Shown one piece after another: positions 19,729 to 29,098 of a DNA stretch of 64,000 bases. This stretch comes from Candidatus Heimdallarchaeota archaeon (GTDB lineage: Archaea; Asgardarchaeota; Heimdallarchaeia; Heimdallarchaeales; Heimdallarchaeaceae): positions 192,001 through 256,000 of the forward strand of contig JAUVXV010000002.1 of assembly GCA_030603365.1 (NCBI GenBank), in the 5' to 3' direction. A program made the translations under genes and the position numbers. The notes beneath the pieces are model-generated. The model ran no database searches. It had not been told where the DNA came from and worked only from the letters and a program-made list of their open reading frames with translations. How positions within the stretch are numbered: position 1 is the first letter of the stretch; each line of letters begins with the position of its first letter.

Positions 19729-21468
19729 ATGATTAGATGTTTAGACTTAATAAAAATATATCACGACAAAGTGACAGATTATAAGGTTTCAGCCCTTAGA
19801 GGGCTAGATTTGGATGTAGCTGATGGAGAATTAGTGTCCATTATTGGTCCTTCAGGAGCTGGAAAAACCACTCTGATCAATTTGCTATCTGGAACAGATG
19901 TTCCAACTGGTGGACTAATCTTAATTGGTGGAGTACAGATTGACAGATTAAATGAGAAAGAAAGGAGAAAATTCAGATACGAAAGAATAGGACTGGTTAA
20001 TCAATTCACAAGTAGAAACCTATTCTCAAATCTTACTGCGAAAGATAATCTGCTAATGCCTATGAAAATGAAACACACTCCAAGAGAAATCGCAAAGAAA
20101 GAGATGGAAGAACTCCTAACTTTATTTAACCTTCAACATGTCAAGATCAACAGAGCAGCAAAACTGAGTGGAGGAGAATCAATGAGATTATCAGTAGCTA
20201 TTGCTTTAGCTAGGCAACCAGAGTTTGTTTTGGCTGATGAACCCACTGGTCAGCTCGATAGTACAAATACATTTGAAATAATTGATACTTTGAAGGAAGT
20301 AAATGAAGAATTAGGGACAACCATGGTAATTGTAACTCATGATGTGAGATACAGGAATGCATTCAGAAAAAGTTTCCTTATTCGTGATGGAAGATTGGTT
20401 GGAGTAGGTTATGAATCAGATAAATCTCAAATGGATTTCTTAAAGGATGCTTCTGTTTTAAACACTGTTTATATAGATGCTTCCAATTTCATCCAAATCC
20501 CTGAAAAAATCAAATCATCAGCTGCTTTAAGAGATGTTGCTGAATTTGAGGTTCATCCTTCGAAAAAACTTGCCATGATGTGGAATCCTGATCTTGTAAC
20601 TAAAGAAGAAGTATTCAATATTCTTCAGCAATCTCCTGAGGAATATAAGGAAACTGTGGACGAGATTTCTTTTGATGATATTGATTATCTTTTCGATAGA
20701 GAATTCAAACCTAACCCCAAAGCCAAAACTCTAGTTAAAATTAAAGAGGTTCATAGAGGTTACAGGATATTCGGTAAAAATTATCCAGTTATCAAAGGTG
20801 TTGACTTAGAAATTAAGAAGGGTGATTTTATCTTCATGTCTGGACCTTCAGGTGTAGGAAAAACTACTTTACTCAATTTAATAGCTGGTTTACTCAAACC
20901 TGATGAAGGAGAGTTAACGATTGATGGATTCAAAATCAGTCATGGAGATGATACATCTGTTTCAGATTTCAGATTAGCTAATATTTCCTATATCACTCAA
21001 TATCATAGTTTATTCGAACCGATAGAGCTGAGAGATAACTTATTGATTCCTTATCTATTCCAAGGTAAAGATTATGATCCTAGATTAGGTGAAGAGGTAG
21101 CTAAACAATGCCATATTCAACACAAACTTGATTCTTACCCAGATGAACTGAGTGCAGGAGAAAAACAAAGAGCAACATTAGCGTTAGCTCTTACCAGACA
21201 AACTCAGGTTCTACTAGCAGATGAACCTACAGCTAACATGGATTCAGATTTAGCTCGAACTCTGATGGATGTCCTAATAGATGCTGTTGAACAGAACGAG
21301 GTTACCTTCATCATGTGCTCTCATGATTTATCTCTACTACGTCCTGGATTTAGACACATAAGATTAACAGATGGTAAAATCACAGAAGATTCAAGAATAA
21401 CTAAGAATTCTCTAAAGAAAATCTTGAAAGAATATCTGCAGATTCAAGAAGAAAACAATAATAAATAA
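19729..21468 (+). CDS. ABC ATPase with two fused LolD-like NBDs
   Basis: NBD1 GPSGAGKTT/LSGGE/LADEPTG/TH; NBD2 GPSGVGKTT/LSAGE/LADEPTA/SH. Confidence 0.92.
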   Translation: MIRCLDLIKIYHDKVTDYKVSALRGLDLDVADGELVSIIGPSGAGKTTLINLLSGTDVPTGGLILIGGVQIDRLNEKERRKFRYERIGLVNQFTSRNLFSNLTAKDNLLMPMKMKHTPREIAKKEMEELLTLFNLQHVKINRAAKLSGGESMRLSVAIALARQPEFVLADEPTGQLDSTNTFEIIDTLKEVNEELGTTMVIVTHDVRYRNAFRKSFLIRDGRLVGVGYESDKSQMDFLKDASVLNTVYIDASNFIQIPEKIKSSAALRDVAEFEVHPSKKLAMMWNPDLVTKEEVFNILQQSPEEYKETVDEISFDDIDYLFDREFKPNPKAKTLVKIKEVHRGYRIFGKNYPVIKGVDLEIKKGDFIFMSGPSGVGKTTLLNLIAGLLKPDEGELTIDGFKISHGDDTSVSDFRLANISYITQYHSLFEPIELRDNLLIPYLFQGKDYDPRLGEEVAKQCHIQHKLDSYPDELSAGEKQRATLALALTRQTQVLLADEPTANMDSDLARTLMDVLIDAVEQNEVTFIMCSHDLSLLRPGFRHIRLTDGKITEDSRITKNSLKKILKEYLQIQEENNNK

Positions 21469-21546
21469 TCTCTTCTTCCTCTTTTTTTATTATCAATCTT
21501 CGGAAAAGTTAAAATGAGATAACATTTTTCTTTTAATGATAATAAC

Positions 21547-23088
21547 ATGAAACACTACTTAGCTGCATCTTTCACTCTGAGTGGTCCTCTACCAGATGAA
21601 AGCGCCGAAGACATAAAAGAATTCTTTACTCAATTTACTGAGAATACACAACAAGCTAGAAAAGATGGAGAATTTGCAATAACCAACATTAATACAGCTG
21701 ATAATCAACTAAGCTTAGTTATAGCATCCATTAATTCTCTCCCTCCTCATGTAGCTATCCTTAGAATTCGAAAACAATTAGCTGAAGCTATTGGTAAAAA
21801 GTATAGAGTCGGATTAAGAGGATTTACTTTTACTAAGTATACTATTGAAACAGAAATTGAACAGGAACCTCTCAAAGAATTTACACTTCCTTTAACCAAG
21901 AAAATTGAATTCAGCAAGAAAGAAGACAAATTCTTTGCTAAAATCGAAATTGACCCTGAAATTTCTGAAGATTTTGTAGAAAAAGGAACTATCGAGCGTA
22001 TAGTTCGTAGAGTCAATGATAAAGCAGTAAAACAGCACTATGGAGCAAAGAAAGAACATCATGAGATAGTTTGGTCAAGTGAGGAAAAAGAACTATTTAC
22101 AGACGATAATCCAACAACCCTAATGCAAGATGCTAATTGGATCCAAAGAACAAATTATCGAAATCAGTGGATTCTATCACCAACAATAACAAAACTTGCT
22201 GAAGCTTTGAAACAAATTATGGTAGATTACATTTACAAACCATTAGAATTTGAACAAATGATGATTCCAAAACTTGTTGACTGGTCTATTTGGCTTAGAT
22301 CAGAACACGCAGAAGGGCTCTATCAAGGTGGTTTTGAACCTTACTTCGTTGTGCAACCCAAAGATCCAACCCCTGAGTATTTTGAGGAAATAGCTGATTA
22401 TATTACTATTACAAAAACAATCCCAACTGAAAAAATAGGAGAAAAAGTAACAGCACCTATTGGAGGGTTATCATATGCTCAATGTCCTCCATTTTGGGCT
22501 TGGTTACAGGGAAAAACACTTACTAAAAGCAGCCTTCCAATTAAGATCTATGATTGGAGTGGTCCTACATATAGGTATGAAGCAGGATCTGCTTATGGTT
22601 TTGAAAGAGTTGATGAGCTCCACCGTATTGAAACCTTATTTATAGGTTCTCCAAAACAAACTAAGAAGATAGGAACTGCTGTTAGAGATAAAATGAGAAT
22701 AATATTCAATGAAGTACTTGATCTTGAATTAAGAGAAGCACAAGTCACGCCATGGTGGTTACAACAATCAGCAACTGAACAAAAAATGGATAGATCAACA
22801 GACCTTGTTGGAACAGTTGATTTCGAAGCTTATATGCCTTATCGTGGGTCAAGAGATGAAAGTGAATGGCTTGAAATTCAAAATGTTTCGATTATTGGTA
22901 CAAAATATCCTAAAGGTTTCTCCGTAAAAGCTGAAGGAAATATTGAGTTATGGTCAGGCTGTTGTGGTGGATCTTTTGAAAGGTTTCTCACAGCATTCAT
23001 TTCTCAGAAAGGACTAAACCAGAAGAACTGGCCTGAGACTTTTCTGAAATATGTTGATAAACTACCAAAGCCAATTAAATTTCACTAA
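21547..23088 (+). CDS. serS: Seryl-tRNA synthetase, methanogen (type-2, Zn-dependent) form
   Basis: YAQCPPFW, DWSGPTYRYE, ERVDELHRIE, WLEIQN, WSGCCG motifs and a long N-terminal domain, as in type-2 SerRS. Confidence 0.9.
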   Translation: MKHYLAASFTLSGPLPDESAEDIKEFFTQFTENTQQARKDGEFAITNINTADNQLSLVIASINSLPPHVAILRIRKQLAEAIGKKYRVGLRGFTFTKYTIETEIEQEPLKEFTLPLTKKIEFSKKEDKFFAKIEIDPEISEDFVEKGTIERIVRRVNDKAVKQHYGAKKEHHEIVWSSEEKELFTDDNPTTLMQDANWIQRTNYRNQWILSPTITKLAEALKQIMVDYIYKPLEFEQMMIPKLVDWSIWLRSEHAEGLYQGGFEPYFVVQPKDPTPEYFEEIADYITITKTIPTEKIGEKVTAPIGGLSYAQCPPFWAWLQGKTLTKSSLPIKIYDWSGPTYRYEAGSAYGFERVDELHRIETLFIGSPKQTKKIGTAVRDKMRIIFNEVLDLELREAQVTPWWLQQSATEQKMDRSTDLVGTVDFEAYMPYRGSRDESEWLEIQNVSIIGTKYPKGFSVKAEGNIELWSGCCGGSFERFLTAFISQKGLNQKNWPETFLKYVDKLPKPIKFH

Positions 23089-23863
23089 AATTATTTAACT
23101 TCTGTTTGAAATAGATATTTTGAGCATTAGTTTTCTTTTCATTTATTTTCTGTGCAACAGTAAGGATAGCATTTGATGATTTTTCCAAATTACAAACCTT
23201 GAAACCATTAATTATTAGGTATAATCTCAATTCATCCTCAGTAAAAGCTCGAAGAGTGATTTCATCATCAAAAGATGTTTTCTGTTCTTCTTCTATTATT
23301 TCATAATGAGATTTCCATTTCCAAGTCCAACCATGTTCTAAATCAAAAGATGTTTCGCTTAATCTGAGATACTTTCTATTATCATATTGAGACTTATGTT
23401 GAGATTCTTCTCTGAAATCTGTAAAAATCACAGATGCATCAAAATTATCAAATATTAACCATCCTTCATGATTTAAAACTTCATGAATTGAATTCAAAGC
23501 AAACATTACATCATGATTAGTAGTCATGTGAGTAAAAGTTCTTCCTGTAACAACAACTGCATCATAGGTTTCATTTAACTCCAGATGTCGCATATCACCT
23601 CTGATAAAATTCCCTTTTGGCACATATTCCTTCGAGAGCTCAATCATCTCTTTCGAAATATCTAGGCCAGTATAGTTGTATTTATTCTCAATGAATAATT
23701 TAGCCATATTTCCGCTCCCACTGCCTATTTCAAGAATTTTCTTAGCTTTAATCTTTGAAAGATATTTATCATAAATCTTGAATTCTTCCTCATAATCGAA
23801 TATTGTTTGATACATCTCATGATATGCACGAGCATATTCAGAGTAAATCTTGAAAATCTTCAT
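23075..23863 (-). CDS. Class I SAM-dependent methyltransferase
   Basis: ILEIGSGSG motif I, GLDIS, GDMR. Confidence 0.9.
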   Translation of the reverse strand: MKIFKIYSEYARAYHEMYQTIFDYEEEFKIYDKYLSKIKAKKILEIGSGSGNMAKLFIENKYNYTGLDISKEMIELSKEYVPKGNFIRGDMRHLELNETYDAVVVTGRTFTHMTTNHDVMFALNSIHEVLNHEGWLIFDNFDASVIFTDFREESQHKSQYDNRKYLRLSETSFDLEHGWTWKWKSHYEIIEEEQKTSFDDEITLRAFTEDELRLYLIINGFKVCNLEKSSNAILTVAQKINEKKTNAQNIYFKQKLNNFSEI

Positions 23864-23971
23864 GATATACTTGCATAAAAGTACCCATATAAGTTTCTTT
23901 CTCGAATTGAGTTAATTTTCAAAAAGGTTCATATGTCTTCTCTGATAAAGTATTATTCTAGGTAACTCGCA

Positions 23972-24550
23972 ATGAAAACTAAAACCTCCTTCATTCTTAG
24001 TTCTTCATTTGTCTTTCTTATGATTTTATTATTGAGCAGTTCTACTAGTTATACCTGCTCAACAGAACTTTCTGAAGATTCAGTACATAACTTTGTAATT
24101 CCTACAAATGAACCATTGGATGAAACAATACTTGAAATCACAAAAATAGAGACATACCCATCACCAGCAATATTGAATCAGCCACTTTTCGTCAATATCA
24201 CTGTAAAGAATAGTGGTCAATTCACTATGGCAGAAATTAAAAATGTAAAGGCGGAAGCTGATGTAAATATAAGCCAAGACGTACTTGTGTTAGAGGGTTC
24301 AATTACCGGTCTTGAGCCTGGACAGCAACAAATAGCTAGGTTTAATCTTACTTTCCTTGAAATAGGTGTAGCAAATGTTACTTTTACAATTTCAACTGAT
24401 AATACTCAAGCTGTTTCTAAATCTGTATTAGTAGAAGTAATTGATGATGGAAATACAGCAACTTTATCCTTAAGACAAATTTCAATGATACTTAGTCTAT
24501 TACCAGTCTTTCTAATTCTCAAATTCAGAAAAAAGAAAAGAATCAGATAA
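23972..24550 (+). CDS. Secreted CARDB/Ig-like domain protein with C-terminal TM anchor
   Basis: Signal peptide, VNITVKNSG...GLEPG, C-terminal hydrophobic helix followed by RKKKRIR. Confidence 0.75.
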   Translation: MKTKTSFILSSSFVFLMILLLSSSTSYTCSTELSEDSVHNFVIPTNEPLDETILEITKIETYPSPAILNQPLFVNITVKNSGQFTMAEIKNVKAEADVNISQDVLVLEGSITGLEPGQQQIARFNLTFLEIGVANVTFTISTDNTQAVSKSVLVEVIDDGNTATLSLRQISMILSLLPVFLILKFRKKKRIR

Positions 24551-24581
24551 CTTTAAATTTGCTTAATTTTCCGAAAATACA

Positions 24582-25604
24582 ATGATAGACTTACGTTCTG
24601 ATACTTTTACTCTTCCATCCAAAGAGATGATGGAATCTATTATGAATGCGAAATTGGGTGATGATGTCTGGGAAGAGGACCCAACAGTAATTGAACTAGA
24701 AGCCCTTATAGCTAAAAAATTAGGTAAAGAAGCAGGATTGTTAGTAACTAGCGGAACGCAAGGAAATTTGGTTTCACATATGACACATCTTGCTAGAGGG
24801 GATGGAGTAGTTTTAGAAAAAGAGAGTCATATTAATTTGTATGAAGTTGGAGGGGTTTCTCAAGTATCAGGAGCTTATCCAATGATAGTTAATGGTGAAA
24901 ATGGATTAATGGATCCAAAGGACATAGAATCTATTTTCACAACTCCTTATAATGTTCACAAAGTTATTCCAAGATTACTTTGTCTTGAAAACACTCACAA
25001 CAGGGGTGGTGGAAGAATAATTCCAAAGGATAACATTGATACTTTGTCAAAAATAGCTAATGAGAATGGTGGATCAGTTCATCTAGATGGAGCTAGATTA
25101 TTTAATGCTGCAGTTGCTACTGGCATATCTGCAGCTAAACTTGCTGAGAAGGTAGATAGTGTTCAAATATGTTTGAGTAAAGGTTTAGGTTGTCCTATTG
25201 GCTCATTGATTGTAGGAACAGAAGATTTTATTTTTAAATCTAGAAGAAATAGAAAGATTGTCGGGGGCGGAATGAGGCAAGCAGGAATAATTGCAGCACC
25301 AGGGATCTATGCGTTGACTAATATGATTGATCGTTTAGCTGAGGACCATAATCATGCTAAAATGCTTGGTAAAGCATTAGAAGAGATTCAAAACTTCAAT
25401 GTTAAGCCGTATGATACTAATATCGTCATAGTAGATACTACAGAAAGCAAGTTATCAGCTGGAGATGTAGCTGATAAACTAGAGAAAAAAGGTATTCTAG
25501 TAACTTTTATGGAAGATCAGCTGTTTAGAATGGTTACATACTTTGGCATAACAAAAGAAGACGTAGAATCTGTGATTAGCTCAATTTTTGAAGTTTTGAA
25601 ATGA
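24582..25604 (+). CDS. ltaE: Low-specificity L-threonine aldolase
   Basis: MIDLRSDT, GDDV, SGTQGN, ENTHN, HLDGARLFNA, CLSKGLG (PLP lysine), GGGMRQAG. Confidence 0.95.
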   Translation: MIDLRSDTFTLPSKEMMESIMNAKLGDDVWEEDPTVIELEALIAKKLGKEAGLLVTSGTQGNLVSHMTHLARGDGVVLEKESHINLYEVGGVSQVSGAYPMIVNGENGLMDPKDIESIFTTPYNVHKVIPRLLCLENTHNRGGGRIIPKDNIDTLSKIANENGGSVHLDGARLFNAAVATGISAAKLAEKVDSVQICLSKGLGCPIGSLIVGTEDFIFKSRRNRKIVGGGMRQAGIIAAPGIYALTNMIDRLAEDHNHAKMLGKALEEIQNFNVKPYDTNIVIVDTTESKLSAGDVADKLEKKGILVTFMEDQLFRMVTYFGITKEDVESVISSIFEVLK

Positions 25605-25688
25605 TAACTATCAGTTTTTTTTAAAATTTTTAAATTGATAATTTTGAGGAATATCATAGACTTTTTATATTTCTTTTTTGGAGTTTAC

Positions 25689-26531
25689 ATGATACATGTG
25701 TCAATTGATGATTATCTAGATGGTCTCTTATCTGGTAGTTCTGAAACCTCTAAGAAAGCCATTATGAAGCTTACCAAATTGATTGAAAATTTCGGTGCGA
25801 TAATGGTTAAATCAACCGAGAGGATGGAGGATTATATGAATGTATTAGATTCAAGAATAAATGCGGTTGAAAGAGCGTTAGGCGTAGCTTCAGCAGCAGC
25901 AGCAGCAGCACCAGCAGCAGCAGCAGCAGCACCAGCAGCAGCACCAGCAGCAGCACAATCAGCACCTTCCCTCGAAGGAGCTAATCCTGGTTCAGTAGGC
26001 GCACCAAATCTTTCTGCAGCACCAAGTGGAGGAGCTCCAGATTTAAGTGCAATGCCAGCACCTGCAGGAGCTCAGGGTTCAACTGGTGGAGGTATTAGTA
26101 GTGATGATTTAATGAAAGCAGCAGCTGGTTTACAGAAAGCTCCTGAACAAACTGCAGCAGCTGGAGCACCAGGAGATCCAGATGGAGCACCAGCTACTTT
26201 CAGTCCTTTTGGTGTTAGTGCAAATGATATTCAAGGTATACGAGCAGGGTTAACTAAAGTAGACCCTGATGAACATAGGAAAGAAAGAGCAGCAGCAGCA
26301 GGAGAATCTGAGTCAATGCCCGCATCCTTTGCACTTAACATGGAAGTTAAAGATGCTTTAGCTAAACGAGCTTCTCGAATTTCAGAAGCCGATGATGAAG
26401 AAAAAGAATTCGGACCATCTGATGCACCATCAACTCCAGCTAGATCAACAAAACAAATGAAAGAAGCCTTACAAGGTGAGTTAAGAGACGCTTTTAGCAG
26501 TCTTCTTGAGAGCGATACAAACGAAGATTAA
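25689..26531 (+). CDS. Hypothetical protein: N-terminal coiled coil, Ala/Pro/Gly-rich linker, WH2-like motifs and C-terminal amphipathic helices
   Basis: GGAG SD-like site before ATG 25689; architecture read from the translation (see findings). Confidence 0.75.
   Translation: MIHVSIDDYLDGLLSGSSETSKKAIMKLTKLIENFGAIMVKSTERMEDYMNVLDSRINAVERALGVASAAAAAAPAAAAAAPAAAPAAAQSAPSLEGANPGSVGAPNLSAAPSGGAPDLSAMPAPAGAQGSTGGGISSDDLMKAAAGLQKAPEQTAAAGAPGDPDGAPATFSPFGVSANDIQGIRAGLTKVDPDEHRKERAAAAGESESMPASFALNMEVKDALAKRASRISEADDEEKEFGPSDAPSTPARSTKQMKEALQGELRDAFSSLLESDTNED
25891..25956 (+). repeat. In-frame (GCA)n/CCA microsatellite encoding AAAAAAPAAAAAAPAAAPAAA
   Basis: cagcagcagcagcagcagcaccagcagcagcagcagcagcaccagcagcagcaccagcagcagca, seen directly. 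Confidence 0.9.
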
Positions 26532-26622
26532 CGACACTCTTATTTCTTATTAAATTATTCAAAAAAACAATTCACATTATATAAAACATTTTACATTTCA
26601 ATAATTTACAAGGTAATTAGTA

Positions 26623-28722
26623 ATGACAAACGACATTAAACAATACTTAGAATACATCATGAAAATTAAGCCAAACATTAAACTTAGCAAAATTTATCAG
26701 ACAATTTATGATGATTGCAGGGAATTTGTGAAAATAAGTAACGATCCCTATTTTACATGTAAGAATACAAACATTTCGAATATTTTCGATATCTCTTGGG
26801 TGGGATTAACTGAAAATTTCTCTGAAGTTTCAGAATATTATTTATTTGATTTATACTGGCTAGATGCCATCAATTTCGAGGTATTTAGAACAGTTATTCA
26901 AGAACTAGAGAAGAATATGATTCTGGAAAACGAACTCCTAGTATACGCTTTTTGGCTATACTCAAAGAAGAGAAAAATCATTTTCAACTACTTTAGCTTT
27001 CTGGAATTTACCAAAAAGCTAGGAGTAAAACCATTGGGTTTCTCTGATTTCTTTAAATTTACAAAAAAGAATATTTCTAATATCACTTTATCAGAACAGG
27101 AAATCTATGTGGGTAATGAGATTGATAGAATTCTAAAAAATCTTCAAACCAGATCTCAATATTTGGAAGAGATTGCTAGTTCAGTTTCTCCAAAATATTA
27201 TCGATACCTAGATTTCCTAATTGATCAAAATCTGCTGAATGAACTATCCTATCACTATTCAAAACATCAAAGTTCGGAAATTAAGCTTGAAAAGAAAACT
27301 TCAATGGCTGAATTCCAGAAGAAGATTGAGAAGAAGTACAAAGAAAACGAATTCCCTACTGTACCTACTGTTGTAGATCCAATATTACAAAAACATCTTT
27401 CGAAAATCGATGCAAAAGCAGTTTCTATGGAGAAATTAGCTAAACTTCCAAATGAAATAATAAAAGAATTTGCGACCATCCGTGCTTATTCTAGCCCTTC
27501 TGTTGCCCAAAAGATTAGGATAACTTTCCTCGGAGGAGGGAATATAGGTAATATGGGTATCTTAATTCAACATGACAACAACGCAATCGTGATAGATTAT
27601 GGTATGAGTGTAGCTAATGGCTCAATCCCTCGTTGGCATCCAGCACTAAAATATGTTAAAGCAGTTCTTGTCACTCATGCACATTTAGACCATACTGGAG
27701 CACTTCCTTATCTTATTACTCCTGAAAATGGTAAAAGATGGTATGCAACACAGTCAACAAAAATGCTGACTGAGCGATTGTTAAATTCAACAACTTCTAT
27801 TTTGAGGATGAATGGAATAACAAAGAAAAAAGCATCACCCTTACAGTCTGCATATCTTAATAAATCAAACATAATTAACCTATTCAATGTTTTTAACCCA
27901 ATTAAACCTAAAAAGACAATTGAAGTAAGTCCTGGCTTTGAAGTTACACCTTATCCTGCATCACATATCTTTGGCAGCTGTGGGTACAAAATAGATGTTT
28001 TTGGGAAAAGTATCTTCTTCACAGGTGATTTTTCATTAGATTCTAGTGAATTATTTAAAGGTGCAAACTTCCCTACTGATAGCGATGTAACTATTTTTGA
28101 TGGAACCTATTATAATCGTCAAACAACTTTTGCTGACCCTAATACTGTGATTCTTCAAGCTTCTGAAAGTTGCGATAAACTCATTATTCCTGCATTCTCA
28201 GTAGGTAGAACTCAAGAAATGATTAAACGATTGGAAAGATTAAGAATTTCAACCAAGAAGAATATTATAACTACTGGAATGGCTGGGGAAGTTTCCAAAA
28301 TTATGGGAATTAAAGCTAAATATGATATTGAGAAAAGTGTCTCTCCAGATAAATTCAAGGAGAATGATATCGTAGTAACTGGTCATGGAATGTTACAAGG
28401 AGGAACCGCAAGAAATCTATTAGATGCTACAAAAGACGAGAGAGATACTGGAGTTCTGTTATGTGGTTACCAAGCTCCTAATACTGTAGGATTTGCTCTG
28501 CAAAATTCTCTACCTGTTGCTAAACAGAGATATCATCAAAAAATCTTTTCTGCTCATATCAGCGGCCATACAAACTCACAAGGGTTGAATGATTTTATTG
28601 CCAATCTCGAAGGCAAGAAAATAATGGTACATACTCCTGATGACTCTGTTGTTAGAAAAGAACACAAAAATGTTCTAATCCCTGGCTATAACAAGGAAGT
28701 TGTTATAAGAAATCAAGTTTAG
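26623..28722 (+). CDS. Metallo-beta-lactamase/beta-CASP ribonuclease (CPSF73-like) with ~300-aa N-terminal extension
   Basis: FLGG..IG, DYG, THAHLDHTG, ASHIFGS, FTGD, PAFSVGRTQE, GYQAPNTVG, SGH, VH. Confidence 0.88.
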   Translation: MTNDIKQYLEYIMKIKPNIKLSKIYQTIYDDCREFVKISNDPYFTCKNTNISNIFDISWVGLTENFSEVSEYYLFDLYWLDAINFEVFRTVIQELEKNMILENELLVYAFWLYSKKRKIIFNYFSFLEFTKKLGVKPLGFSDFFKFTKKNISNITLSEQEIYVGNEIDRILKNLQTRSQYLEEIASSVSPKYYRYLDFLIDQNLLNELSYHYSKHQSSEIKLEKKTSMAEFQKKIEKKYKENEFPTVPTVVDPILQKHLSKIDAKAVSMEKLAKLPNEIIKEFATIRAYSSPSVAQKIRITFLGGGNIGNMGILIQHDNNAIVIDYGMSVANGSIPRWHPALKYVKAVLVTHAHLDHTGALPYLITPENGKRWYATQSTKMLTERLLNSTTSILRMNGITKKKASPLQSAYLNKSNIINLFNVFNPIKPKKTIEVSPGFEVTPYPASHIFGSCGYKIDVFGKSIFFTGDFSLDSSELFKGANFPTDSDVTIFDGTYYNRQTTFADPNTVILQASESCDKLIIPAFSVGRTQEMIKRLERLRISTKKNIITTGMAGEVSKIMGIKAKYDIEKSVSPDKFKENDIVVTGHGMLQGGTARNLLDATKDERDTGVLLCGYQAPNTVGFALQNSLPVAKQRYHQKIFSAHISGHTNSQGLNDFIANLEGKKIMVHTPDDSVVRKEHKNVLIPGYNKEVVIRNQV

Positions 28723-29098
28723 AAGAATAGAATGATAATTTGATTTTCTCATGTTGGCATAGTGGGGGTTTCTGTGTTTATAGAGAGAAAACAAGAAAAA
28801 CTTCTGATTTCTGCAATTTATATAAGTAAGAAGGAAAAAAAAACTGATAAATGCTTGGTGATAGTAACAGTCAACGAAGCTGGATATGGATATGGTTTCC
28901 TAAAAGAGGATAGTGAACGAGGAAGGTGAGAAAAGCTAAGTATGGAATAGAAACAAGATTTTAGGGAGAATTTATGAAATTTAGAGAACAAAAAAAAGAG
29001 AACTAAAGGGTATTAAGAAAAGTATCCACTCAAATAATCTAAGTTCTAATTTTATTTATAAACTGGAAAAAAAAAAGATTAGAGGAGAGAAGGTAAGT

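Noticed and set aside
28723-29098. Long intergenic region as possible ncRNA or pseudogene
   Set aside because: Purine-rich tract between convergent genes, with no convincing ORF or stems found.
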